A stretch of DNA of 64,000 nucleotides from the human T2T-CHM13v2.0 reference genome, Homo sapiens. Where the stretch lies: assembly GCF_009914755.1 (NCBI RefSeq), contig NC_060934.1; one strand, given 5' to 3'. Both the position numbers and the translations under genes were made by a program. The notes under the pieces were generated by a model. It searched no databases and was not told the DNA's origin. It was given only the letters and a program-made list of their open reading frames with translations. Shown in pieces: positions 29,501 through 43,000 of this stretch (positions are counted from its first letter, which is position 1; each line of letters begins with the position of its first letter).

Positions 29501-30749
29501 TGAAAGATTATTTCTAATGATACACTTCATATTTGAGCAGCAATAAGTTTTCTCCCTGTGGCAGATTCCAATTCAAATGGTGGCTGGTGCTTAGAGTTGC
29601 TCTAAGGTGAACACTCCAAATAATGCCAAGTCTGAACTGAGAGAAATGATTTATGCGGTTAGCAACGTCTCCTATGGGCAAGATAGCCAGTGTGTGTCAA
29701 CCTGCAGCATATTTTATATTCCTGGATTGTCATTCATTAGTTATTAGGGGAACTAAGCAAAATATAGCATCTCCAAGAGACCAACACACAACTTACAATA
29801 GTTAAGACAAACTAAAAAGCATAATATAAACCAAGAAAGTCAGATAAACATCCATACCTGTGATTGTCAGCTGGATGACTTCAATTTCCCCTTCCTTAAC
29901 AGAAGCCAGGAAAAGGATGACAAAGGGAAATGATTGTTGAGAGGAAGTTGTCTTCTGTCTATAGAAAGAGACAAAAGAATGCTAAGAGACTCGGAAGCAT
30001 TCCCTGCCCTAGATACTCCAGGATTTATAGATAATAAGAGAAATGGCAGCCCTCTGCCCAGTTCCAGGGACTTCTGTCTTTGTGTAACTGTACCCGCCCC
30101 ATAACTATCAGGACCCCTTGTATCTTCCTGGACCCGTGACTTGTGCAGTTCAAATGCTGTCTTTAAAAATCTCTAAAATAAACTTAGAGCCAAAAATTAA
30201 GTAAGTTTACTCCAAGGACCCATGTGCCCCAGAACAATAATTCATGTCTTTTTCTATTTTACAGCTAAAATTATACCTAGATGTATTGTCCAAATGAGTT
30301 TATCAACAGGCATCACAGTGAATACCTCATAGGAGCATGGCCCAAATTCAATAGAAGGCATTTAAATTAGTCCAGAAAAATAGGCAATATTCAATATGCT
30401 AATTATCAGGTTTCTAGTGAAATAAAAATCCAAAGTTAAACACATTTTCTTATAAATTTGGCAATTTATAAGAATTTGTTATAATGAGTTAAATCTCAGA
30501 ATTTGCTACAATGAGTTAGATCCTTGAACAAATCTAAATCACTCCAATCTCACATCTGAGTCTCACTTTTTAATGTATCAACAAGATAGATAAGATTATC
30601 CCATATTTATCTGAGACCCACAAAACTATGGACCTAGAACCAAGACACTTAGTAAAGCACTAGGTTTGTTAAATGACAGGATATTTCCAGTCATATCCAG
30701 TCATATGTCACAAGACTGTAATGGTGGGAAAGGTGAAACAAAGAGAACA

Positions 30750-32645
30750 AAATAAATGCCTGTTTTTACCACTTCTATTCAATGTAGTACTGCCAGGGCA
30801 ATTAGGCAAAGGAAATAAGAAATAAAAGGCATCAAATTTGGAAAAGATTAAGTAGTTATCTCTGTTCATACCCACACAACTGCTAAAACTAAATAAAATA
30901 ATTCTGCAAAGTTACTCACAAAAATTATTTGTTTTCATACACTAACAATAAAAACTCCAAAAAAGAAATTAAGAAAGCAATTTGATTTACAATGGCATCG
31001 TAAAGAACAAAATACTTAAGAATAAACTTAACCAAAGAAGTGACGAAAAACTTACACATTGAAAACTACAAAATGCTGCTGAACATAATTAAATATAGCA
31101 CAAATAAGTTGAATGACATCTCATGATCAAGGATTGGAAAACTTAATATTTTTCAAATGTTGATACTACCCAAAGCATTTCACAGATTTAATGCAATCCC
31201 TATCAAAATTTCAGACTTTTTTTGCAGAAATAGAAAAGTTTATCCTAAAATTTATACGAACTCTCAAGGGACCACAAATAGCCAAAACAATCTTGAAAAA
31301 GAACAAAGTCGGAGGCCTCACACTTTCTGATTTTAAAACTTACTACTAAGCTACAATAATCAAAACAGTGTGGTACTGACATAAAGACAGACAGACGCAT
31401 AGACCAAGGCAATAGAATAGACAGCCCACACACACATACTCAAATGATTTTCAGCAAAGATTCCAAGACCATTCAGTGGGAAAGGAGCAGTCTTTTCAAC
31501 AAATGGTGTTGGGAAAACTGGATAGCCACATGCAAACGAATGATGTTGGATTTTTTGAGACAGAGTCTCACTCTGTCACCCAGGCTGGAGTGTGGTGGTG
31601 TGATCTTGGCTCACTGCGGCCTCCACCTCCGGGATTCTAGCATTTCTCTTGCCTCAGCCTCCCAGGTAGCTGGGATTACAGGCACGTGCCACCACACCCA
31701 CAGCTAATTTTTGTATTTTTACTAGAGACGGGATTTCACCATGTTGGCCAGGCCAGTCTTGAATTCCTGACCTCAGGTGATCCTCCCACCTCAGCCTCTC
31801 AAAGTGTTAGGATTACAGTCATGAGCCACTGCGCCAGGCCTTAAAAATGGACAAAAATCTTAAATATAAATTTCTTTAAAGAAGATATAGAAATGATTAT
31901 TAAGCACATGAAAAGATGCTCAATATTACTAATCATTACAGAAATGCAAATCAAAACCATTATTAGAATGCCTATTATAAAACAAAACAAATGTTGGTGA
32001 GATTGTAGAGAAATCGAAGGCCTGCATAGTATTGGTGGAAATGTAAAATTGATCAGCTTCTGTGGAAAATAGTGTGGAAGTTATTCACAAAATTAAGTGT
32101 AAAATTACCATATGATCTTGCAATCCCATACCTGAATGTAACCCAAAAGCATTGTAAGAATGGTCTGGAACAGATATTTATACACTCTTATTCATAGCAG
32201 CATTATTCATAATGGCCCAAAGGTAGAATTAACCTTAGTGTCTATCACTAAGGTTGAATGATGGATTAATTGATAAACGAAACGTGGCATATACATATAC
32301 AGAAATATTATTCATCCTTAAAAAGTAAGGAAATCCATGGATAGACCTTGAAGACATTATGCTTGGTTAAATAAGTCTCAAACGGGCACATATGATTCCA
32401 ATCATATGATGTCCCTAGAATAGTCAAATTTATAGAAACAAAATATAGAATGGTATTTTTCAGGAGCAAGAGGAAGAGGATGATGGAGAATCGTTAATGG
32501 GTACAGAGTTTCAATTAAAAAGATAGGTTCTGGAGATGGCTAGTGGTAAGGGTTGCTCAACAATGGGAATGTATTTAATGCCACTGAATTGTACACTTAA
32601 AAATAGTTAAAATGGAAAATTTTATGTTGTGTATATATTATCTAT
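30750..32645 (+). mobile_element. L1MB-type ORF2 3' half and 3'UTR, interrupted by an Alu
   Basis: 'acagatttaatgcaatccctatcaaaatt', 'tcttttcaacaaatggtgttgggaaaactgg'; 3' end 'gccactgaattgtacacttaaaaatagttaaaatgg'. Confidence 0.85.
31551..31840 (-). mobile_element. AluSx-like, full length, very short tail, no TSD
   Basis: 'ttttttgagacagagtctcactctg...cctgacctcaggtgatcc...gagccactgcgccaggcc'. Confidence 0.95.
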
Positions 32646-33179
32646 TTTCATGTACATATATAAAAATTGTATACATATATTCTTTATTTAAAAGAGAGAG
32701 TGAGCAAAGGATGAAAGCAGCTTCCTTCCAGGCTTGCCAGGAAGCCCACCACTGTCAGTATCTCAGATTCTAAACCTTTGAACTTAGTGCTAGGAGTGAG
32801 AAAGCTTCCTTCATGGGGTAGATTGGAGTGGCATATGGGCTTTTAAAGCACAAGAACTTCTTAAGTCCCTATAGGTACTTCTGTAGGTACTCCCTGAGCC
32901 TGCACCTTTAGAGACCCAAAATGTGATGCAAAGACTTACAATTCATATTCTTCAGACCTCACAATGTTTGGTTTTCATGCCTAGCCAAAAAAAGGTGAAA
33001 AAAAGCAAGAAATCCTACTTAATTTATATCTACCATGCCCATTGCTCTGCTCATTAATTTACTGATTACACTAATATTTTTCAAATGTGCATATCATGCT
33101 CAAAAAAGATAAAAATTATAACCCACAGGTAGCTTATATTTTAAAGGACAGACAGCTAATATTAAAATTAGACTCACGA

Positions 33180-33307
33180 CTTACTATGTAATCTACAACG
33201 CCTAGTGCCAACTGAAAATGCAGGACCTGTAGTTCAAAGTTATTAAGAATTTCAAGTTGGTGATAACAGAGCATAAAACCAAGTATGAGTCCATGAAGCT
33301 GGTCCTG
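33180..33307 (+). mobile_element. MER45-like hAT-Tip100 DNA transposon remnant
   Basis: 'tgaaaatgcagg...ttcaaagttattaagaatttcaag...agagcataaaaccaag...ccatgaagctggtcctg'. Confidence 0.7.
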
Positions 33308-33329
33308 AATAAACTGATATGGAATTCTA

Positions 33330-33720
33330 GTTTTTATATAATAAGTGTATAAAAGAAAAAGATAAAGCATGAAATAGTGCTAAATAACAAAGAGTTTTCC
33401 ATTTTTAGGGAGGATGAAGAGGGAAGATGTCTGAAAAAAATGGGTTTCAATTAATAAGCTAAAAGAAGGAAGGAAGGGAGCCATGGAGCCATCTGGAGAA
33501 ACGCGTTCTTGGCAAAGGATACAAAAACCCCAATTGGAAACATGCCTATGTCCAGCTTACTGAAGAAACAACAGCTAGAGTAGAAAAAGGGAGGAAAACA
33601 GTAGGAAAATTTGAGGCCAGAGAGTTAAAGGGGTAAGGAAAAAGGAGATATGGACAATATCAGGTAAGATGTCTTAGGTTATATTAAGGACTTTGACTTT
33701 TACTGTGGGTGAGATCACAG
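33330..33720 (-). mobile_element. L2 fragment
   Basis: 'ggagccatggagccatctggagaa...ttcttggcaaagga', 'taaggactttgacttttactgtgggtgaga'. Confidence 0.6.
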
Positions 33721-34559
33721 AAAATCCCTCATGCCAGGTTAGGCTTATACCTTTGTTTATTACATAAAAGTTTAAAATCTTACAATCAGGATCTACTAAT
33801 TTATCTTCTCCCTTGACCTTAAAAGAGGAGATGAAGAAGAGATATTTATTGAGCTCCTCTTAGAAACCTGAAATCAAACAATAAAGTGGATTCATCAAAG
33901 TCTCTCAGATATTGTCATTTGGGCAATACTACATCTGTCATGTGGGATGGCTTAGAGCCCAAACATTTATTTTTGTCCTAGAACCATGGTCCAAATCAGT
34001 CTCTTGTCCCCTTCCCTACCCAGTCCCCGGTACATTCATTTAGGCTCCGGTATACTTAATAACAAATTCAGTGATTACATTGGTTTAAAATCCATAATAT
34101 CTAAATAATAAGTATTTGCAAAAACAACATTCCCTTGGAAATGTATCCTTAAAATAAATTAGGAGAACATAGAGAGCTATTTGTAGAATTTTATCAGCAG
34201 ATTAAAACTTTCAAACTCTGAAAACATTTTAAATTGTCACATTAACCATTTTATATATATATTCTGAATACTTATTGAGTAAATATTTCTACCAATCAGT
34301 ATATAAACTTTTCTTTGAAAAAAGAATGATGGAAAGATACTATGCTTATGTGCAAGGAGCTTCCAGTGTAATACAGGAGAGTGGGCAGGTGCTCACATTG
34401 CTAGAAGGAGGGAGGAAGGAAAAAATCAGATGGATTAAGTGCTGGAAAAAATTAGAAAAATAGATTACTCCTGGCTGCAGAGCCAGGTGAGCCTTCATCA
34501 AAAAGCAGCAGTTTTTGACAGTCATGTAAGGCATATTTTCTGTCCCTTACTCAGTTGCT

Positions 34560-34800
34560 AAAGGGAAGAGAACATAGGAAATAAAGAGAAATAAATACAG
34601 GATGAGGTAATGAGAGGATAGAAAATATGGGGGAAAATGATTGGGAAAGAGAAGAAAAAGAGGTTTCAGGAAACATGAAGAAACATGGTAGTTGCTGAAA
34701 TATATAGACGGAAAATAAAAGGGGAAAAATAGAAGAGGAATTAGAAAAGGGAGGAAGGAAAAAAATGTGAAAAGATTGAGGTAAGCAGAGTTAGAGAACA
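34560..34800. repeat. GA-rich low-complexity (polypurine) tract
   Basis: Composition visible directly. Confidence 0.75.
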
Positions 34801-35754
34801 AGGCAGTGAGACATTTATTATCAACTCCAGAGAGTGTGTCAAAAGCCTATGGGTTTCTTTCCAGGACACCCCCAAAATACAACCTTAGGTCTAATACCTT
34901 AATCTTCACACAGTTCTAGATCCACTCAGATACGCATTCCCTTCTATTTTGTTTTTGTCTAACTAACACAGCAATACTCACTCGCTTTGCTTAGGGTTCA
35001 ATCTCAAAATCCCAACCCAAGAAGCGCCATAGGTTTTTGTGTAGTGGTTGTTGCTTGTGTATTTGAAAGCCACAGAACTTCTGTGTTTTGCCCTTGCAAA
35101 CATAACTAGGAATAGAGAACACTGTCACGTGCCCTGAGGCTACCCAGTGGGTCCAGAAGTAAAAGTAAAACTTTCCCAACCACTTTTTCATACACAAATA
35201 GTGTTAAATTTGAAACCAGCAGCTGTGCACTTTAACCACTTTCTCTTGTGTGATTTATTCCAATTGCACTTCTTAAATAAAACTTCCATTTTAGCTATGG
35301 AAATAGATTTCCTTCCTGAACAACTTGTTCTTCTAGAAATAAGTGTTGAGTCAGATATGTGACAATGATTCTGCCAAAAGAAATATGCACCATAAACAGC
35401 GTCTTCCTATTTGTAGTTGTCTCATGTTCCTCTGTGATGGGAAAGCTTCTTTATCCACATTTTGGGCATGAAGAGGAAGTGTCTCATGGAAACAGACTAA
35501 AACAAATTCCTGAGAAGTGAGAATTACCTGTGGGACAATTTAAAATGTCTTTCAGAGAGCAGGAAAATGTGGTTTAAAGTATTGGTAGGTACTCAAACAG
35601 GTAGTTTCATCCACCACTTCTCAAGGACTTAGAAGTAAAAGCATATTTTAAAGTTAGTCTGGAAAGAGCAATTTCACTGTAGAATTTGCCCTACTTTCAA
35701 TTTCTTAGGAAGAAATACTTGCTTTTGGTATTTGATAATCAATAAAAGCCAATC

Positions 35755-35970
35755 TTAGTGAACATTTTTCCTATAGCTTACATTATGATGAGTGCTTATG
35801 TAAGTCATCTCATTTTATCAATAAAACAACCATAAGAGGAAGGCATGCTGATCTCCATCAAACAGACCAGGCAAGTAAAGGTTCCTAGGCCATATGCCAG
35901 TAAAAGTCAGAACTTGGATTGGGACCAAGCCTAGATTATTCAAACAGTAGGTGCTTAACCATTATCCTAT
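35755..35970 (-). mobile_element. MIR SINE
   Basis: 'tcatctcattttatcaataaaacaacc...gtcagaacttggattgggacc...gcttaaccattat'. Confidence 0.65.
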
Positions 35971-36755
35971 GTGGCCTCTAATTGAAGCTTCTTTATCAGA
36001 AGACAATGTGTGGTATGCTAGAGTCTCAGCCGGTGGGCTAGGACAGGGAGTTGGGCTACTGAGGCTGAACATGGGCAGGATTTGTTATGTGAGACAGGAG
36101 AAAAGGTAAGAAAAAAAGTTCAAACAAAGCCATGTAAATGAAGTCAGAGATAGCAGTTGTGTAGACCAGATGGGGAAATAGATGTACTATGATCAAAAGC
36201 CAAGTTTCAAAAACTATATATGAACTTGATATAAATGGAAACAGGTCAGAAATAGTGGAGATGGTCTGGGAGAATTGGCTTAATGTATCGAAGTGCCCAG
36301 AGTTGGTCCATGAGTTTGTGAAAAATGAGTGGATTGTGCTAGCTTAAAGGATATCATACTTTATCATATGAAAATTAATAAGATAGCGATGTGTCTGCCA
36401 GGTATCACAGCATGCTGTTTCTGGAAGCAGCAAATAGGCAAGAAGTTCTATAAACTGCAGTACTTTTATCATAATTATCACCATCATTAACTATGAGAAG
36501 CAATATATAAAGTCAGAAATATGCTGCATATTAAGAGGCAATGTAGGAAACCAATATCAGACCCACAATGCACTGAAGCTTTTATGTATAATACCTTTTT
36601 TCTTCTATTTCCTTCAAGATTTTTAAGTCATAAAAACTTTTAGTAAATGAAATTTATAAACATACTTTTTTGTAAAAATACTACATACTGATAGCTTAAA
36701 GAACAATAAAGAAGATTAACATTCTAATACTCATAAATAGCCATTAACATTCGGT

Positions 36756-36976
36756 ACCAGCCCAGGCATCATAGGGAGACCCTATCTCTACAAATAATTT
36801 TAAAAATTCGCTGAGTGTGGTGGTGTGTGCCTGTAGTCCCAGCTGCTTGGAAGGCTGAAGCAAGAGGATCTCCTGAGCCCAGGAGGTGAAGCTGCAGTGA
36901 GCCACAATCATGCCACTGCAATCCAGCCTGGGTGACAGAGTAGGACCCTGTCTCAAAAAACAAACAACAACAACAA
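36756..36976 (+). mobile_element. AluJ, 5'-truncated
   Basis: 'accagcccaggcatcatagggagaccctatctctaca...gaggatctcctgagcccagg...gaccctgtctcaaaaaa'. Confidence 0.9.
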
Positions 36977-37257
36977 ATATTTGGTAAATATTATTTATGA
37001 AAAACTATATAATTCTGCTCATGTCAACTAACTTAGTTAACTTGGAATTCAGCTGAATTTAAGTGAAACAAAAAAATAGTGTTAATGTAAAACAAATGGA
37101 GTTACTGAGCTTCAGAGAATGAGTATTCTTACTTTGGAACAGGCTTCTAGTTCTGAACAGATGTGATTTTTCTGTCCTGTGCTCAGGGGAGATTTGTACT
37201 GCACTATGCTCCTTTGCTGATTTGTAGGACCATGTGATCTGGCCAATCGGTTAGGGA

Positions 37258-37630
37258 ATGAGTATGTGTTCTCTCTAAATCTCACGTTGAATTGTATTGT
37301 GGGAAGAATTTGGGTTATGGAGGCAGATCTCTTAGGGCTTGGTGCTATCCTTGTAGTAGTGAGTGAGTTCTCTTGTGAGATCTGGTTATTTAAAAGTGTG
37401 TGGCACCTTCCCCCAACCTTGCTCTTGCTCTTGCTCTGGCCATGTGATGTGTCTGCCCCCTCTTTGCCTTTACCATGAGTAAAGCTGCCTGAGGCTTCCC
37501 CAGAAGCCAAGCAGATGCTGGTGCCATGCTTGTACAGCCCACAGAACCATGAGCCAATTAAACCTCTTTTCTTTATGAATTATCCAGCCTCAGGTATTCC
37601 TTTATAGCAATGCAAGAACAGAGTAACACA
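37258..37630 (+). mobile_element. MST (MSTA/MSTB) MaLR solo LTR within older MLT1 remnants
   Basis: 'gaagccaagcagatgctggtgccatgcttgtacagcc...gagccaattaaacctcttttctttat...caggtattcctttatagcaatgcaagaa'. Confidence 0.85.
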
Positions 37631-38014
37631 GGGATTGGGAGTGATAATGTGACTTCCAGATCAAAGAATCCAACTGTCATATATGCTTCCATAATAATCT
37701 CTTTCCCTACCACATTTATCAGGAAGCCTGCATAATCTGGACAATGCTGCTACATGATGAAATTTAATGGATGCAGATGCTGAGACCTATAGCTGACTTT
37801 GCAAGAGGAAAACATAGCCTTGTTATAGTCAGACACTGAGATTGTGAAGTTGTATATTACTACAAGTTATCCCCACCAATCTCAAATAATATCCCACAAG
37901 AGCAATATTCAGTTCCCAAACATGCCTCTAAAGTTTAGAAAAATGATACTAAAAATTAACAGGCTGAACTACAATGGTGAATATGTCATTATTCATTTGT
38001 AAAAACCCTGTAGG

Positions 38015-38258
38015 ATGGTAGATCACAAGGTCAGGAGTTCAAGACCAGCCTGGCCAACATAGTGAAACTTTGTCTCTACTAAAAATACAAAAATTAGATG
38101 GGCATGGTGGCGCACACCTGTTGTCCTACCAACTCTGGAGGCTGAGGCAGGAGAATCGCTTGAACCCTGGAGGCGGAGGTTATGGAGTGGGCCACTGCAC
38201 TCCAGCTTGGGCAACAGAGTAAGACTGTGTCTCAAAAGAAAAAGAAAAAGAAAAAAGA
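38015..38258 (+). mobile_element. AluS (Sg/Sc-like), 5'-truncated, small internal deletion
   Basis: 'gatcacaaggtcaggagttcaagaccagcc...' with (GAAAAA)n tail. Confidence 0.9.
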
Positions 38259-38306
38259 ATGCACAGCACCAAGAATAAACCCTAAACTATGGACTGTGGA
38301 TGATAA

Positions 38307-38653
<347 letters not shown>

Positions 38654-38829
38654 AACTCATCAGTTTTAACAATGTACCGTCTGGTGGGGGATGTCAATAG
38701 TGAGGAAGGTTATGCATATGTGGGGCTGAGGAGCATATTGGAACTTTCTGTACTTTATGCTCAATTTTTCTGTAAGTCTAAATCTGCTCTAAAAAAAAAG
38801 GTCTGTTTTTAAAATTATCAGGTTGAGAT

Positions 38830-39900
38830 ATTGTATTTTTTAAACCACACATTTCAATATTGGCATCTATTGCCTACTTCTGCTCCATAATATGTGAGAA
38901 AATTGGCATTTCTTTCAAAGTTTCTTCAAATTCTTAAAAAATTATTGTTACCTATATTATTATTTTTACTTTTTTATACTTATATCAAATTACCTTCTGT
39001 TTTATAAACATAATTTTTATAGTTGTTATGTCTTACGTGCGTAACTAAATGGATTAAATGCCTACCACAAATGCTTTCAACATGATTTCTATATCCTGAG
39101 TTCTGTCTTGTTTCTTTTCCTTTTTGCATGGATTTTCTTATTCATTAGAATTTTGTTTGTTAGCATCATTTCTTGCTTATTTTGGTAATAGGAAGTTAGA
39201 TGCTTCAGTCCTAAACATCTTGAATATCCATAAATGTTCTTTGTTACCTTTATACTAAAATTGACAACAGGGCTAAAGATCTAAATATTAGGTCACACTT
39301 TTCTACAAAATTTCTTCTCTGTCTGCTGGGATAAGTGGTGATGAGGAAAGTCTGAGGCCCAAATTCCATATAATTTGCTTTGTCTGCTTCAATGACTACT
39401 CACATAAGCCTTCTGTTTTCTTTTTAAATTAAGTAATGTTATCAAGATATAAATTGGTGTTTACTTTTTCTGTATCAAAATCATCTGGCGATTGATATGT
39501 GCTTTCACTCTGAAGATAGCGATGTTTGTTTCAAAAGAACTTTGAGTTTATATACTTAATTACACTTTCTATTGTATGTAGTCTTTTTCAAGGACATAAA
39601 TTATATATGTTTTATATCTCCTCCCTTATCCATGACTATGATCTTTTCTGTAAAAGTGTTTTTAATATTTTATTCTAATATGTATTGTTTCTAATATGAT
39701 ATTCATCTCTCTGATAGATTTTATTTTCTCTCATTTATTTTCTGAGAGTTCACAGTTCATTTTCCACTTTCTTTTTCATCTTTGTAGCACCTTTTTGAGA
39801 TACATTATAAAATAGAACATGTTGTCTACAGCATCCTGGAACTTGTCCAGAATTGTCAGCCTGAACTCTTCAGGTGGAAATATGGGTAATTTCTGCCTCC
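38830..39900 (-). mobile_element. Very old L1 (L1ME-type) fragments
   Basis: T-rich with degenerate antisense L1 ORF1-region motifs ('gatgaggaaagtctgagg'). Confidence 0.45.
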
Positions 39901-40034
39901 TATATTTGTTGCCTTTTAAAAGGCTATCAGTTGCATTTTCCTTAAATACACATTTTCTCTTTATCTATCTATCTAGCAGAGAATAAACTTAAACATTCAA
40001 AACTCAAATATACAAAAATATTACCCCTTTATTA

Positions 40035-43000
40035 TATTTTATATATTTTATACATTGACATATTAAATTGTGTGTATTTATCATTTACAATATGATGTTT
40101 TGAAGTATATATACATTTTGGAATGACTGTATCTAGCTAATTAACATGTGCATTAGCTAATATCGTTATAATTTTTGTGATAAGAATACTTTACATCCAC
40201 TCTCTTAGCATTTTGCAAGAATATAATGTATTATTAACCATAGTCATCATGTTGTAAAATAGATTTTTTGAACGTATTGCTCCTGTCTAACTGAAATTTT
40301 GTATTCTTTGACCAACATTTCCACAGCACTTCTCCAACTATCCTAGCCACTGGTAACTACCATTCTACTCTACTTCTAGGAAATTGACTTTTTTAGACAC
40401 CACATATAAAGAAAAAATGTGGTATTTGTCTTCCTGTGCCTGGTGTATTTCACTTAACATCTTTTAGGCTTATCCACGTTGTCACAAATGACAAGATTTC
40501 TTTCTTCTTACGGTTGAATAATATTCCTTGTGTGTATATACCACTTCTTTTTTTATCTGTTTGTCCATGTTGGACACTTAGGTTGATTCCATGTCTTGGC
40601 TATTGTGAATAGTGCTGCAATAAACATGGAAGTGCAGATATGTCTTTGAGATAGTGATTTCATTCTTTTGTATACCTAGTACTGCTGGATTATATAGTAG
40701 TTCTACTTTTATTTTTCTAAGAAACTTCCATACTGTTTATCTTAATGGCTGTTTTAATTTACATTCCCAACAGTGTCCAAGGGTTCTTTTTTCTCCACAC
40801 CCACACCAATATTTATCATTTTTCTTTTTGGTAACAGCCATCTTAACCAGTGTGAGGTGATATCTCATAGTAGTGATATCTCATTTGTGTTTCCCTCATG
40901 ATTAGTGATGTTGAGCCTTTTTTCATGTATCTGTTGACCATTTTATGTCTTTCTTTGAGACATGTCTATTTTTTGAGCTATTTGTTTTATTCTTACTTTA
41001 ATTGAGTTTCTTATATATTTTGGAAATTAGCCTTCTATCAAATATATAGTTTACAAATATGTTCCCCGATTTTGTAGGTTATCTCATCACTCTAATTGAT
41101 TCTTTCCTTTGCTTTGTAGAAAATTTTCAGTTTGTTGTAATCCCATTTGTCTGTTTTTGCTTTTGTTGCCTGTGCTTTTGGAGTCATACTTAAAAAGTCA
41201 TTGTCCAAACCAGTGTCATGGAGCTTTTCCCCTGTGTTTTCTTCTAGTAGTTTCATAGTTTCAGGTCTTATACTTAGGTATTTAATCCACTTTGAGTTGA
41301 TTTTCTATACAGTGTGAGATGAGAGTCTAATTTTATTCTTCTGTTTGTGGATATCCAATTTTTCCCAACATAAATTATTGAAGACACTCTCCTTACCACA
41401 TTGTGAAATCTTGCCTTCTTTGTTGAAAATCAGTTGACATAAATGCATGAATTTATTTATTTCTGGGCTCTCTATTAGGTTCCATTGGTCTATGTGTCTG
41501 TTTTTATGGCAGTACCATGTTGTTTTGTTTACTATGGCGTTGTGGTATATTTTGAAATTAGGTCTCCAGTATTGCTCTTTTTGCCAAAAATGGCTCTGGC
41601 ATTCAGGGTCTTACGTGGTTTCAAAAATTTTTTTAAATATTTCTGTAAAGAATGTCACTGATATCTTAATAAGGGTTGCGTTGGATCTATAGGTTATTTG
41701 TGTAGTGTACATATTTTATTAACTTTCAATCTATGAACATGTGATATCTTTTCATTTATTTGTCTCCTCAATTTTTTTCTTCAATGTTTTATACTTTTTG
41801 GTGAACAGGTCTTTCACCTCCTTGGTTAAATTTACTCCTAAGTATTTCGGTAGCTATTATAAAAGAATTTTTTAATTTCTTTTACAGATAGTTCACTGTG
41901 AGTATATAGAAACTACTGCAACTTTGCTGAATTCATTTCTTAGTTATAACAGTCTTTAGTGACGTCTTTATGGTTTTCTGTACATAAGATCATATCATCT
42001 GCAAGTAGGGACCACTTAGCTTCTTCTTTCCCAATTTGGATGCCTTTTATTTCTTTCTCTTATCTAATTGCTCTGACTAGGACTTCCAATATCATATTCA
42101 ATAGAAATGGCAAGAGTATCCTTGTTTTGTTCCAATTCTCGGGGGAAAAGCTGTCAACTTCTCTCTGTTGAGTATTATTTTAGCTACAGGTTTTGTTGTA
42201 TATGCCCATTATTGTGTTGCAGGCCATTTCTTCTATAACTAATTTGTTGAGAGTTTTTATCATGAAATAATATTGAATTTTGTGAAATGTTTTTTTCTGC
42301 ACCTATTAAAATGACTGTATAAATTTTGTCCTTCATTTTCTTAAGGTGATGTATTACATTTAATTTACATGTGTTAGGCCATCCTTGCATCCCTAAGATG
42401 AATCCCATTCAATCATGGTGAATAATTTTTTTAAATGTTGCTGAATTCACTTTGCCAGTGTTTTCTCAATGATTTTTATGTCTATGTTCATCCAGAATAT
42501 TGACCTGTAGTTTTCTTTTTTTGCAGTTTCTTTGCCTGGCTTTGGTATCATATTTAAGCTGACTTCTAAAATGCTTGGAAGTATCCCCTCTTTTTCAATA
42601 TTTTGAAATTGGTTGAGATGAATTGGTATTAGTTCTACTTAAATGTTTGATAGAATTCAACAATGAAGCCATAAGTTCCTGGACTTTTATTTGATAACAG
42701 GCTTTTTATTACTGATTCAATTTTCTTATTCATTATTGATCCATTAATATTTTCTATTATTTTTAATTCAGTTTTGATAGTTTGCATGCATCGAGGAATT
42801 TATTTCTTCTAGTTTGTCCCATTTTTTGGCATATAATTTTTCATAATAATCTCTTATGACCCATTGTATTTCTGTTTTATTAGTTGTAATGTCTTCTTTT
42901 CCATTTCTATTTTTACATATTTTAGTCTTCTTTTTTTCTTAGCCTAGCTAAAGGTGTGCCAATTTTGTATACCTTTTCAAAAAAAGTGCAGTTTTGTTTA

